From NCBI GenBank assembly GCA_046563655.1, contig CM102284.1:3038001-3102000 (forward strand): 64,000 nt of DNA. Reading direction: 5' to 3'. Under the pieces are notes generated by a model. The model worked only from the letters and a program-made list of their open reading frames with translations. It did not search any database and was not told the origin of the DNA. Source of the DNA: Yuukianura sp. NJ FZ-2021. Taxonomy: Eukaryota. The position numbers and the translations under genes were made by a program. Of this stretch, positions 37,154-50,334 are shown one piece after another (positions within the stretch are counted from its first letter, which is position 1; every line of letters begins with the position of its first letter).

Positions 37154-40100
37154 ATGGAGCATTTGGAGCGTATATGGATTGAAATCTTTCAAGGGTCATC
37201 GGCGTCTGATTTACACCATGAACAATACGTGTACCGCGATATTCTTGGCGTTGGAGACTCGCATCGGCTGTGGAACTCATCAGTAAGACAAACTAGGTTA
37301 CCTTATAGTAAAGAACTAGTACCTAGAGAGAACTTATGAGGAAGTGACAAGACGAGTTATGAAAAATGAACTTTGTGTTAAATATGGCTTGAACTTTTTT
37401 TTATAGTCAGATGACACTCTACGCCGGGTTATCAGTTGCATCAATTCAAAATTGAATGACATCCAAACTCGAGAGTACGGGATGGTGGCGTTGTGTAGAT
37501 TTATAGAGCAAGTTGATCCTGGGCGCCTCGTCGCCATTCAGGATCACTTGGCTTCTTCTCTACATCTGTCCTTGAAGTCGCTTGAATTGGAAACTACCCA
37601 TCAATTTCTTGGTAGGCGATATTTTGTACTATCATTTTTCAAATTCCGCCAAGAAACTTAAACGAACCATAATCTTTCCTTCTTTGTTTTAGGGAAGCTC
37701 ATCCAGCATTGCCGCGAAATACCAGAATTAAACCAAGTTGTTACCAGTACCGGGGTGCCGAAAATTTTGTCTACCTTTTGCAATTCCAATCGAACTCCAT
37801 CCAAAGCTGAGTTGAATCTAATATGGGTTTGCCTTACGCGATACCGCGGTCCTTGTGGAAATCAACGACAAAATCTTGAAAATAAGTTAGTTTCGACGCT
37901 GGACTTTTTGGAGGATTCAAATCAACTTAAACACATTTGTCTCGTTCTTCCGCTCATTTCTTCTGCTGGTGGTGGAGGTTCAAGCGGAATGAAGCACTCA
38001 GAAGACTGGTTGGGGATGATCCGCAAAGTAATGGCAAGTGTTGAAGATTGTCTTGTATTGCTTCTAGGAGACGCTGTTCCAGCAATCATCGTAAGCACAT
38101 TCCAAACAAGTTATTGTTAAACATTCTAAACAAGAAAAACTTAAGAAAAACAACAGACCAAGAAATTCAGAAAAAAAAAACAATCTTTTGCAGTCTGATG
38201 TGTCTTCACTCACTCTCTCTTAGAAGTTTCTGTTAGAAATTGCGTAAATCAAATAGTAATCAGAAGGTTTTAATTTCAGACGGAAACCATGGTGGGACCC
38301 CGTTTAGCTCTGTCAGCCTGCGAGGAAGCAAACGTTTTTCAAAGGATAAGTGCAATCAAGAACCGTTTATTGAAGCTGATCACACTGCTTGGTCACTATT
38401 TAAGGTAAAACAAAAATGTTTTCCGCTTGGTAGTGTTTTCCACAATCGTTAATCAGCTAGCAGCACAGCATCTTGTTGCATCATTGAATCGACTAAAAGT
38501 GTTTCTGTCTGTTCATTTTTAGTGATCCCTTCCCGGCTCCGAAACCAGTACCATTGAAATCGATTTTGAACCTTGTGCGGAAAATGTTAATTTTGGATCC
38601 ACTTAACATTCTGAAAGCCTATGTAAATCCACCCAAAGAACATGTCTACCTCTCCGTAGTCATTCCTGAAATCCGATATATGGCTTATATTCTTCTCCAG
38701 TCCCTTACTCTCACGTAATGTTAATTCACTTACTTCTCCTTGTAGCAAGTTGAAAGTTAATTTTATTTTTTTTTTACACATTTCCAGCGTGGGATCTAAT
38801 ATTATGACTCAAGCCTCCACTGTGGAAGAACTTGTCTTGCAAGAGCTCAAATGGATGGCGGAGCATTCAGCGGGTTTTGGGTAGAAGGATTTTACTTGTG
38901 TTACATGTCTAGCAAGGCGTTTATAATTTTTTTTTCGTTCATAGGAAGCTCAAAATTGGCCTCTATTCGTTCATTTTGTCCTACCTGGACTGCACGAAAA
39001 ATAACATTGGCGAAAAAACATGTGCAGAATGGACAAAGTATTTATTATCCGAGATTGAAATCAAAAGACGGATGGTTGAGCTCAGTCAGCCTCGTGCCTT
39101 GAGACATAATCACCAATCCAAAAAGAAGGGCTCACTACAACGTGGAAGTAAAACAGAAGCCAACGTCTTATCAAGCATACTAACTTCGAATGGAGTCGAA
39201 GACATCCTGCCTTCAGATCCTGCCGTTGCGACATTAGCACTGACAATTTTAACTCGGCTGATTCACACCATGGCGGCTCCAGTTCACAAGGTATGTACCT
39301 TGTTCATTTTAACCCGCTACACTCTTTCTACATCCCTGCTATTTGATTTATTCAGTCTTTTTTGTATCTTAAGCTCGTGCACGTTACAATTGGACGTTTG
39401 GTACTGAATGTATTTGAATCTGAGTCTTATCCTGCCCCTTATGATGACAAAAACTGTCGGCGGTCATTGTATCGGGCGGTGCTTAGCCTTGTCAAAAGTC
39501 CGAATCCTCTGTCACCAGTTTCTTTGAGCTTCTTTACTGAGTTGTTGAGCAGAACCGAATTTGACCCGTTTTCGTCAGCAGAGGGTTATGAAATCAGATC
39601 CTGGTTGGAACGCGTCGCTCACCCAATTGGTCCAACTCTGAATTTCCCTGTAGTTATACCTGCAGAAGAAGTTCGACTAGAAGTTGAGAGTGTGAACGAA
39701 ACTCGAACTCCACGCGTTGAGCTCTTGGATAACTTCTGTCAAACGGAGACGTGCGTGGAGATTTGCTCTGATCAACCTTACACGCTAATGCCACAACCGA
39801 ATTTAAGTGCTATCAAGTCTGGTTTAGCGGAAGTAGAAATAGATCAGCTAGTAAGAATCGCTGTTGAATCGACGCTCAAAGGATTCATGGACACGAAATC
39901 ACCTAACGCTACTATTCGTCTCGGAAATACTATTTGTAGTGAACGAGTTTCGCCTGAGTCAGACTCAGATGGTGAATGTGTCTTCACCTCGGCTGTTTCA
40001 TCACCACATGAACCTATACCTACCGATAACAGCGCCTCCCTGCACAAAAGAAAATATACTGAAATGTCATCAGAGTTGCCGCAAGGTACAAACGTACTAT

Positions 40101-40240
40101 CACATATCTTTAGCACTACTACTACTACTACCCATGAACCCCTTGATAATGCAAAAAGATTCAGGAATGCTGAAAGTTCAACAGATACGGATTGTCAACT
40201 TAGTTTCGAGTCCATGTTACATGACTTCGTCGAAGTTTAA
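37154..40240 (+). CDS. PELP1: PELP1/Rix1-like rixosome subunit, multi-exon
   Basis: Helical N-terminus 'INSKLNDIQTREYGM', then 'RRSLYRAVLSLV..PNPLSP' and 'HPIGPTL', with an acidic C-terminus ending 'MLHDFVEV'. The start codon is inferred. Confidence 0.7.
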
Positions 40241-40463
40241 CATCTCAACACCGTGTATTCATGCCTTCCAGCAGTAACAATTATTCTTTGTAAGTCGTTG
40301 TTTTCTGTTTAACAATGCATTAAAAACAAAGAATCCAATACTAATTTCATTTTCCTTCGCTGTAAGCTATATAACACTTCACCAATCCAGTAACATCGGA
40401 ATGCGTGAGCAATTTCCAAATACAAAATGGTTTGAAAGAGTGGACGAACGAAGTGGTCATCTA

Positions 40464-43400
40464 CTAGCGTGGCAAGTAGCTTAACGACTTCAAGCTAATT
40501 CCCATTGCTTGGTGTAGCGCAGCTTTGGAAGCGACAACATCCGGAATTGACTGTTTCACCAATTCAATCAAATTTTCCGTGACGCGGTCAGCAAGCTGTA
40601 CTTCATTTTCAGACGGAGGTTGAACGTATGGATGCTGCGATAGAGTGGGGAGACTAAGGCGTTCGTGTTGAAGTTTCTCAAGATTTTCAATTAGGGTTGC
40701 CGTTTCTTCTAATTTTCCACTGGCACTAAAAACGAAAGGAGAGTTGTACTGTTGGTAAAACGACTGATTTTGATTTTTAACTAAATAAATATACAGCATG
40801 AATAAAATGTAGTTTTACCTGGACGTGCAACAGGGTTTCAGATCCTCAATAAACTGCATATCTAGTCCAAGCTCTGTTTGAAGACTCTTTAGAGAATCAA
40901 AGTCAAATCCTTCAATTGGCTCCGTCGTTGCTCCCAAAGTAGGCAGACCTATTTCTTCGACAAACTTCCACTGCTCCCGAATTGCGGCTTCATAAGCTTC
41001 TTGTTTACGCTTCAACTCTGCATCCGCTTGATCCATTCTTTTTCTTTCCTCTATCAGTCCAATGGTTCGAGAATGTTCTCCCTTTGTCAAGGTATCCAAC
41101 ACTTCGTCCACCATTCTCATCGCATAATCACACCCTTTGGCAAACTCAATTATACTGGAATCAGAACAGATAAGACAATTAGAAACAAGAATTTCCGAAA
41201 GTCTTATACAAAACGAGCTAATAATATTAAAATAAGCGTAAGTAGTCGTAAATAAACGTACCTATCAGCATATTGCACAGCTGTATCATCTCCATACGTT
41301 GCTTGAACCAGCTCCTGCTCGTCTGCACTAAGTCCAGCAAAAGTAGAGTCGTGGCTTGGAGCGAAAGAACTGAAAGGGCCGTAGTTAAGAGGTTTAGCTA
41401 AAACAAAACAATCGAAGGTGCTATACTTTTATACATTTCAATTTAGATAAGCTTCTATTTAGGGTGTTCTGTCTCACCAGCTCTTGCGTATGTTTTCTTA
41501 TCTTCCCTTGGGACTTGAACTTGAGTACTCCCGGAATGCGGAACCTTTCCCGTCAGAACTCCTAAACTAACTGGCTGTTCACGAGTTCCAGGCGCCACGC
41601 CGTTCGAAGGAGTTAATATTGCCAGCGATGTACTACCGTCCTCACGCTGACGTAAAAATCCCATCTAAAATTGAGATCCATACGTGAGTATTTGCATTAC
41701 CAGGCATTATCAAAGGTAGCTTCTAAATGTAATTCAAAGTACGGTTGCATTCGGTCTTTTAGCAGCAAGACGATTTGCAGCATCCCGCGCAGCAAGTCTG
41801 GCTTGGGTAAGGATGTCTTCCGTTGTTGCGTCTTCACTGAATGCTCCACTTAAGTCACTAGAAACCAAAACCATAAAACGATAGTAATATCATCAGCTTT
41901 CCACAATTTAACTACTCCATATAAATTACAGATCACTCACGGCGGGTCGTTAGGATGTGGCGGTTGGTAGTGAATACTTTTTGTAGGATCTAGGCATATC
42001 GGTTCACAAGGTTCCTCTTCCGATTGGCTCACCGCTTCAGTGACTTCTGAGGGAACCGCGTCTGAAGAATCTAAGTGTCCTCCAAGAAGTAAGGGAAATC
42101 CCAATTGTTCCTCATGCAAATTTCGTATAAATGGAAGTATGGGAATAAGGGATCTAATTTTGTCTTCATCCAAAATCCTGGAACCAGCCTGAAATAACTT
42201 CTTCGCGGCCTGTGAAACAAAATAACAAAAAAGAGGTGTTTAACGCGTATCCGACTTCAAAGGTTCGGAGAGGACGGGCCAACATGTTTGGAATCACTTA
42301 TTAGTATAAGAATCCGGCAAAGGAGTTCCAAAATGGACGGACACTTCTATTTCTATCGTTAGATTCCGGCTGGTACCGTCCCGAATCGGTATTATTGAGT
42401 CATTACCTTGTAGTAGAGAGTGTCCACATGATTATAACGCATGGCATTGTTACACATCAAAGCGAAATCGTCCTATAAGACACAATTCATGCAATTTATT
42501 TAATTGTTTGAATTATTGTGTCGTCAGTTCTAAGAAAAAGTAGACTTTTGGAAGAGCGTACCTTAAACTGGGTTAAACTGTCGTACTCTAGCCGCTCTAC
42601 TTTCTTCCTCATAGTACTCAAATCCATTGGTTTACTAATAATTGAAAAGTACCCAGGAGCAATTTTATCAGTCACTGGCCACGCAAAGACTTGATGGGAG
42701 TCTTTCTTCTCCAAGCCCTAATGTTCAAAGTAATTCAAAAAAACAAAGTGAAAATTACGTCCTTCACATGAAAAGTCCAGGTTGCAAATTGTAATGTATA
42801 AGTCACAAAAAATCTCTTCACGGCAAACGAGAAATAAAGTGGTTGGTGGGTTAAATTTTACCCGAAGAATGTGCTCCAAGAGTTTCTGTAGTAAACCCTT
42901 GTCAAACACTTTGGGCTTCTGAATCGCTAGGACTGGCTGAGGTACAAATTGGTTGTTGCCTCGGACTTCATTATCTAGCGATGGTATTCCGGGTGCTGAT
43001 TCGAGTTCTAATCCTCTGTCTGACTCTATCTTGCTGTCTGCGTCAATTTCAGCAATATCCATTCGCCCATCGTCAATCTTCACTTCGTCCTCCACGGCAT
43101 CTGAGGATTCACCTTTCATTGGAATTGGAACTACTGAAATGGGAATGAACGAAGCCGAATTCAGTTCAAGCTCGTCCCTCTCCCGTCGTTTCTTTTCCTG
43201 CAACCATAATCGATTAAAAAAACACAGAAACATTACTACGTAAGTTACATACTTTATGGTGTTTGTGCTTCTTATCCTTTTTCTTTTTCTTCTCCTTCTT
43301 CTTAGCTTTCCGCATTTGAGCGTACGACAATGCTGAGTTGGAGTCGTCGTCGTATGGAAGTATATTCACGATGTGTGACATTGCAGGTCCAGGGGAATCC

Positions 43401-43840
43401 GAATGCTCTGGCGTTGACGACCCTCCAACTTTCAGAATTAATTTGAGACGGGCGTTGCCAGATGAAACACTCGGGACTTGGCCCGTGTATCTACCATCTG
43501 AAAGCAACAAAATGGATAAAGTGTATTAATTGGGAAAGGTACACGAGGAAGCTGATGGAATGCAACACGATTAGCTAAAATGTCAGCTTAATATTGGTTA
43601 CTTTTCCAGTAATAGACAAACTTGCGCGGTTTCCTGAATTACTACGAGTACAGCATCCGACTGATCCTAATACATTGGGTTGAAGTTAGCGACTACATAC
43701 CGTTCTAATTTGGCATTTGGCTACGTAATGATTATATGCATTGTTTAGAGTTGTCTCAGTGAACTCAGCTCACCATCATAACGATCCTTTTTGTGTTTTT
43801 TGTGTTTCCTGGATGAAGATTCCGGGTCCGGAGAATACAT
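40464..43840 (-). CDS. BRD7: Bromodomain-containing protein 7/9 (SWI/SNF)
   Basis: Motifs are 'KHKKHKK' and 'LKLILKVG'. The bromodomain reads 'KDSHQVFAWPVTDKIAPGYFSIISKPMDLSTM..CNNAMRYN'. The DUF3512-like region reads 'YGPFSSFAPSHDSTFAGL'. The C-terminus has 'ALHQAMGI'. Confidence 0.92.
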
Positions 43841-45019
43841 CTCGATGTGGTTAGACACTGAACTGTCGGCTGCACAGTGCACAAGCACAAGTTAACTATC
43901 AGTGTTCTTCTTGTTCTCGGATTCGGATCTTGTGATATCGTTGTTGGCACTTGTCTTATTACTTTTTAGGTTGGTTTGAATTGACGGCTTGTTACTTGTT
44001 GTTGGTTACGGATTATGTATGTGAGTCTTTTTATCGGTGGGAGTAAGGCATAACGATTGTCATTGCAATCACTCCAACTTTTTGCGGCTGCAATAAATAT
44101 CGGCACAGTGTAGTAATTATGTTCCATATGTTCCAACGTTATGGGTTAGGCTGATTTAAAATGTGTAAAAATGTGTACATTGTGTCAGTGCATTTTAGTT
44201 ACCACTTAAGGGTAGCCACCGATTGTAGCCACGACATAATACGATGACATAATACGATACGATGACGAGATCGTAACAATCCTTACGCCGACCAAGTCTG
44301 CTAAAAGCTGCTTTACCCGGCTAATCCTCGTAATTCGCATGAAGCTAACGACGCATATGAATTTTAAACATTTTCAAGTGGTACGGTATTTTGCAAAGGC
44401 TGCCCTTGCAAAGGCTTAATTTCGCTACGAGGTAGGGAAAATTGTCGAAATTTACCTATTGGAACTTCAAAATTTTTTTTTCCAATTATGGCAAAAAACT
44501 TGGTCCCGATTCCGAAATAACTGGGTATAACTTTTTTGTCAAATGTAGACAGGAAAAACCCTCCACCCAATATTTAAAATGACGAAGTTACTAGACTACA
44601 ACTCGTGGTACTAACGTAGCACCTGAAACAACAATGTCAAGGTCTACTTCTGTTTCTGTCTAATAGTGCGATTTCACGTACGAAACGGAAGTAAACGGTG
44701 GTGCTACCGTTCTCAAAAATGCAGTCTCTATGAAACTGTCTGGAAGTGAGAGACGAAAGAGTCCAACCAATGGAGCACAAGGGGTTGGCGTTTATTTGAA
44801 TTTCAATGCACTTTCGGTGAAAAATTTTGATCTCAATAGAAAGAATATTACAAAAAAATAGTAAGTAAACTACACAGTTCGAGGTTAGGCATTGAATACT
44901 AGTTACCTATAACTAGTCCGTTTGATTTAGAAACTTCGCAATATTTCTGCTGGAGACTCCTAAATCAAGAATGAATACGACAGATGAAGAGATGTGTACA
45001 AGGCTCTGTGGATTTCAAT

Positions 45020-46212
45020 TCAATGCTTCTCCACAATAAGATCATATTTTGAAACTTCTTCGAACTCCATATTGGTTTTTCGAATCCAATCAATTGCATC
45101 GGCATCCAACTTTGGCAACTGTTTCAAACAAATCGGGTTAATAAATACTAGCAGAGGATTAGGTGATTAAGTTTTTGGTACATTGAAAGTATTAATTCGA
45201 CAGTAACTTACCTTTGTTTTAACTGGTTTCACTTTGAGCGATTTTTGTACAGTTCCTTCGTCACATCCCTTTGCCCTTTTACGTTTGCTCCTCTCCAATC
45301 TGGATTTGCTTGATGTTGTTCCATTTTGACGTGCTTTTCGCTGCTCTCCAGTGAGTGGAATGTGAAGTCGATCGGTTTCAAAGTCCTAAACGAGTACATC
45401 ATATGACTAATAAAATACAAATACAGTTCATTGGAATTAGTAAGTGTTACAATACAGGAAAACTTACGGCGTCTCTCCCTGGTGCAGCTGGCTTAACGGC
45501 TTTATATGTTTTGACGTGTGCCGGCTCAAGGTGAATGCGAAGGTCCGACTGGTCCCCATTATTTCCTTTGTCGTCGTCATCGCCATATTTGTCGACCAAC
45601 GCTTTGAAATCCCGAATTGGTTCTGCCTCCGTCACAACTATGACATCCTCATTTTCTTTTGAAACATTTTCAGGCATGATACGTAGTATTTGCTTGGTTT
45701 GTCTCGTATGGTTTACAAGTGGCTTTGTGTGTGACACTGAAGTCGAAGTGGGCCGTTGCTCTGAACGAAGGTTACGGGTGTTTTCCGTTTCGAGTTTCTT
45801 TATAGGTGACAGAATTGTCAAATTCGATTCCCGATTGTTGGCTAGTACACAGCGGTTTGAGTTATGGTCTAAGCCATGCTTTTCTGCCAGAATTGGTGTT
45901 GATGTCATTGGGTACTCACAATGTTTGACCTTCCAGTCAAGGCGGCCTGTGTCAAACAATACAGGTACAGGTACAAAAGTTTACAATTAGAAAACATTCT
46001 TTTTTTTTATAACATCCAATCGCAACTAAAAATGACCATGTGTCTCAAAGATAGAATGGCACCGAAATGCTGAATCAAAATGTTTACCCACCATTGAACG
46101 TTTCGGTGAAAGATGGTGTTTTATTCACACTCTGAACAACGCGAATATGCCTTTTCGGGTTTTCTTGATCGATTCGACGACTGGATCGTCTCAACTCCCG
46201 CCCATTCTCCAT
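45020..46212 (-). CDS. Sororin/Dalmatian-like cohesin regulator, 290 aa, 4 exons
   Basis: Exons 46212-46092, 45946-45468, 45385-45212 and 45118-45020 are in frame. The C-terminus 'DWIRKTNMEFEEVSKYDLIVE' fits the Sororin C-terminal motif, and a KEN box is present. Confidence 0.72.
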
Positions 46213-47877
46213 GTCTTCCAGGCTCCAGGACCTATCTGGGAAGACTGTAGTTGCAGTCGTACTCTTCTTATAAGCAAGTGATGATAATGGTTCGAAAGAA
46301 CAAGGTTTTTAACTGTTTTTAAATGTTTGAACTGTTGTTTAGTAGTATCGCTGCTGACGGTTCCTCCACTGTAAAAAAAAATCCGTCTCCTTCACTCTTC
46401 ATTACACAAAAGAAAACAAAACTGGGACAAACTGAATTTCGGCGTTGGTTAAACTGGATTTGTATACATTGTAACCACGGTGTTGTACAGAACGGGTGGG
46501 TGATTGTAGCATAAGTGGTTGCTGCAATGAGGTGGGTATGCAACAATAGAAAAAACTGAAAAGAAAAAACTAACTATATTTTATTTTGAATATTTAAATT
46601 TTATTTTAACTACGGAGCGATCACAAATATTGCGGCGGTAGTGGTTACACGAATGGTTACAACGGTTGCACTTCTGGGTTACTCGCATTTAGCGTTGACG
46701 TACCACAGAAATGCATATGTTGTTATTCCGCACGCACACATTCGTCTGTTAGAGCAGAGCTACACATACTTTTGTTAAAACTATATTTTATTAATTGGTT
46801 TCCAGAATTTTGCATAAGAGCACTAGCTTTCAATTACTCTTTGTCAAAGTAAAGGATACTGCAGAGCGACATTGCAATATTGCAGATATGAGCCTTTCTA
46901 ATGCTATGAAACAGCGAACCTCCCATAGAATCGGAGGATTGTCATGCGATGTCACCTTTCAACAAAGCTGAGGATTAGTCGTTGCACAAATTGCCGCGTT
47001 TATGAATGGAGGACACTAATCCATTGAAATGTGTTATTTTCTACTGAATATATTGAAAACGGGATATAACGACAATCAATCTGCGATTGAATTCAGAGAT
47101 TTCAATGAGTTGATGTGCGGCTTGAGAAATTGATTTTATGCGTGACGAGTGTGCATGCTCCAGCTGTTTAAAAATGGCGTTTAGAATGATTGCGCACGGA
47201 AAAATAAAACGAAGGTCAAAAATTCGGAAATATTTTCTGACAATGCAGCAAAGGGCTAAAATTTCAGTTAATTGTTATAGTAATACATAGTTCGGAAATT
47301 CTAAGTCAGCAGAGTTTTCACGCTTCTAAGAACTTCTAATAAGAGGATTCCGACACTTTCAGAGTATTAGTGAATGTCAAATAGCTCGGATTTCGTCGAC
47401 TTTTTCTTCGTCGTCTTCGTCAATGTTTAAGTTTACGAAAGGTACAACCGAGGAGAAGCCTATCATACTCGTTATAAAAATCATATCGAGGTAAATTTAC
47501 TCGTACTATACCTAAAGTTAGTCGTGGCTGTGTTGGATTTATAATTAATTTCCTACTGTTGTACTAATTAATCAGAATCACAATCGAAAAGGAAGAAACT
47601 TTAGACAACGTTAGAAAATTTTGACTGCGTAAGGTTATGTACATGCATTACCTCCAATTTAACGTAAACAGTACGCCTCATATTTTCATGTTGTTATGTG
47701 TATGTCTTTGTCTATGATCTGAAACTGACTAACTTCTTTTGTTTTTCTAATAATTTCAGTATTCATTCCGGAATAAGATTTCCTTAAATTCGGCATCACT
47801 TTGACGAAGCTTTACGAAACAACTTGCTTAAACCTACATCCGCCTGTCAGCGACTTACTTTTTAGCAAAATTCACCC

Positions 47878-50232
47878 ATGGGTCGAAGGAGCAGGTCTCG
47901 ATCCCGTTCCGGGTCAAGAGTTTCGCCAGTAGCCAGGAACTTTAGATCATCTCAGTCCCGCCACAAAACGAAGAAGAGTCGTCACACCTCCAGCGTCAGG
48001 AGGTCAAGGTCACGTTCGCCACGAAATCGAGAACGGAATGGAAGAGACGGTCACCGCCACCGTCGCGGTCGTGACCATCGAAAAGCTCGGAAACGCAGTG
48101 TTGACAAAGGCAAGCGTCCCAGATCCATCTCGCGGTCTACTGGCGTCAAGTAATAACCACACATGATTCTTAAATCTCAGCAGGAGGTTGAGTTAAAACT
48201 ATGGATTATTGCTTTGCAGGCGTTCATTATCCTCAAGCACTAGTAGTTCAAGTAGTAGCTCCAGATCATCCACTAGAAGTCGCAGCAGAAGCAGTAGTCG
48301 ACCCACCAAAGAAATAGAACGATTGGCCGAGCTCGAGAAGCAGCGGTAAGTCTTAATTAATCAAAGTAAGATGAAACTCTTCGGGCGATTGTTAATTAAG
48401 GTGGAATTGATTGATTTTTAGACGACAGCGTGAACTGGAAGCTAAATTAGTAGAGGAAGAGACTGCTAAACGAATAGAGGAGCTTGTTGCGCAGAGAGTT
48501 GCTGAAGAGCTGGAACGTCGGAAAGATGAGATTGAAGCCGAAGTTTTGCGCCGCGTGGAGGAAGCCAAGGCTACAATGGAGCGTGAAATGATGGAAGAAC
48601 TTCACCGACAAAAGGCAGCACAGCTCGAGGAGGAGCGAAGACGAGAGGTAGCTACAACTCTTTGTCTTAAATCTCTTAAGCTTTGTCCGCATCTTGCTCA
48701 TGGTTACCGTGCAGAGGGTCAAGTGGTCGCACTTGCTGCCAATCTATTAGTTCACCTTTCTGGAAGCGACACTGATGACAAGTATTCTAAAGAATGTTGT
48801 TCACTTTTCGTATTTTCAGACCTCTTCTTTTTAGTTCTGCTCCATTCCTTTTCCTTATCCAAGTATTAACGCTACAAATATTCCTGTTTATTTGTTTACT
48901 TGTTGAAGCGGCGGCAAGTTGTCAGCTTAAAAGTCACACCTTACTAGGTTAAGCGCAAAACGTAAAGTTTTAAATTGTTCCCGTTCATCCGTTTCCTCGA
49001 ACTGATTCGACCGAGGTTTCCCATTCCATTTGCATCATTCCTGCTATGACCGTGAATTTGTTGGGATAATAAAGATTAGAGTAACGAAGAACTTTTTTAT
49101 CCGCAACGCTTCCTAAAAATAAAAATTTGATTGAGTCTGGATATTGTTTGAGCAAAAATTTTCACAATTCTCGAACAAAATGGAGAAGAGCCTAATTTTT
49201 GTCTGGAACTGAGCTAGTATTTGTCAGACAGTTTTAGCGTTGTAAATTTTACTTTAGTACAGAGGTGTAAATGCTTTACATTTCCGTACTTTGCGAGAGG
49301 CGATCCCATCAAACGCAAATCCAGTTCACTCAAATTTGGCGTTTCGAAATAATCTCTATTTCATTTTTGTATTTTTTATCTGGGTTAAATTTTTACCCTA
49401 ACGCTTTAATAATTTTATCCTCTTGATTAAATTCAAAACAAAAGTTAGACATCATGGATTGAATTTGCAGCTTTGAAAAAATGAAGAAAGTATAAAGTGT
49501 AGTAGATTGGCGATTGAAAGTAATCGGAGCCTCTGTTGTTAACCGGGGTTTGTTGTTGGTAAGTATTTTTGTTTACTCATCTCAACCTTCCCAAAGAACA
49601 GGTACATCACAAGCATCAATTGACTACAAACTACTTTCAACTTTGGCATAAGCCAGGATTACAGATGGACTTTCTCGCTTCGACAACACAAGGAAAACGA
49701 AGAAGCCAAGAAGATTTGGCATCGGTTTCCAGCATCAAACATTCAAAGCTACCTTAATAAGTCTAATTGTAATTAATCTATTCGTACTTATAAAACTAGG
49801 TACAAATCACAGGGCTTTCTTATTCTCGATTCATTCTTTTTTCATATTGAAATTCAATGTGATTCCCTTTTTTCAGGAGGAAGAACGCAGGGCTCGAGAG
49901 GAACTCAACCGAATCATGGAAGAAAATGATAGAAAAATTGAAGAAGCTCAAAGAAAACTCGTAAGTTCAAAACAGATAACTCTATTACAATTTTGAAGAA
50001 ATCAAATTCACTATACTGGAACTGCCATATGTTGTTCCGGTAATAATCAGTTTCTGTTTTCCAGGCCGAAGAGAGACTAGCTATGGTAGAAGAGCAGCGA
50101 TTAATCGACGAAGAACGACAGCGAATGAAGAGAGAGCAGGACAAACGCGTAAAAGAAGAGCAGAAGAAGATTCTTGGGAAAAATAATTCCAGGCCCAGAC
50201 TTTCGTTTGCTCTCAAGCCACTTCAGGATTAA
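47878..50232 (+). CDS. ARGLU1: Arginine- and glutamate-rich protein 1
   Basis: RS-rich 'MGRRSRSRS' N-terminus, coiled coil '[26 protein letters not shown]' and C-terminal '[15 protein letters not shown]'. Confidence 0.95.
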
Positions 50233-50334
50233 GGAACGGACCTAAGTAGTGTCAGAAATACGCTGTCAGGTTTCCGGAAGTTAATTACTAGTAATCAAGT
50301 TCCGCCAGCGTTTGGTTCTTTTTCAAACTCTTCT

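Noticed and set aside
45229-45420. 63-aa ORF as the third exon of the Sororin-like gene
   Set aside because: It is the wrong frame. Splice phases require the DFETDRLHIP... frame.
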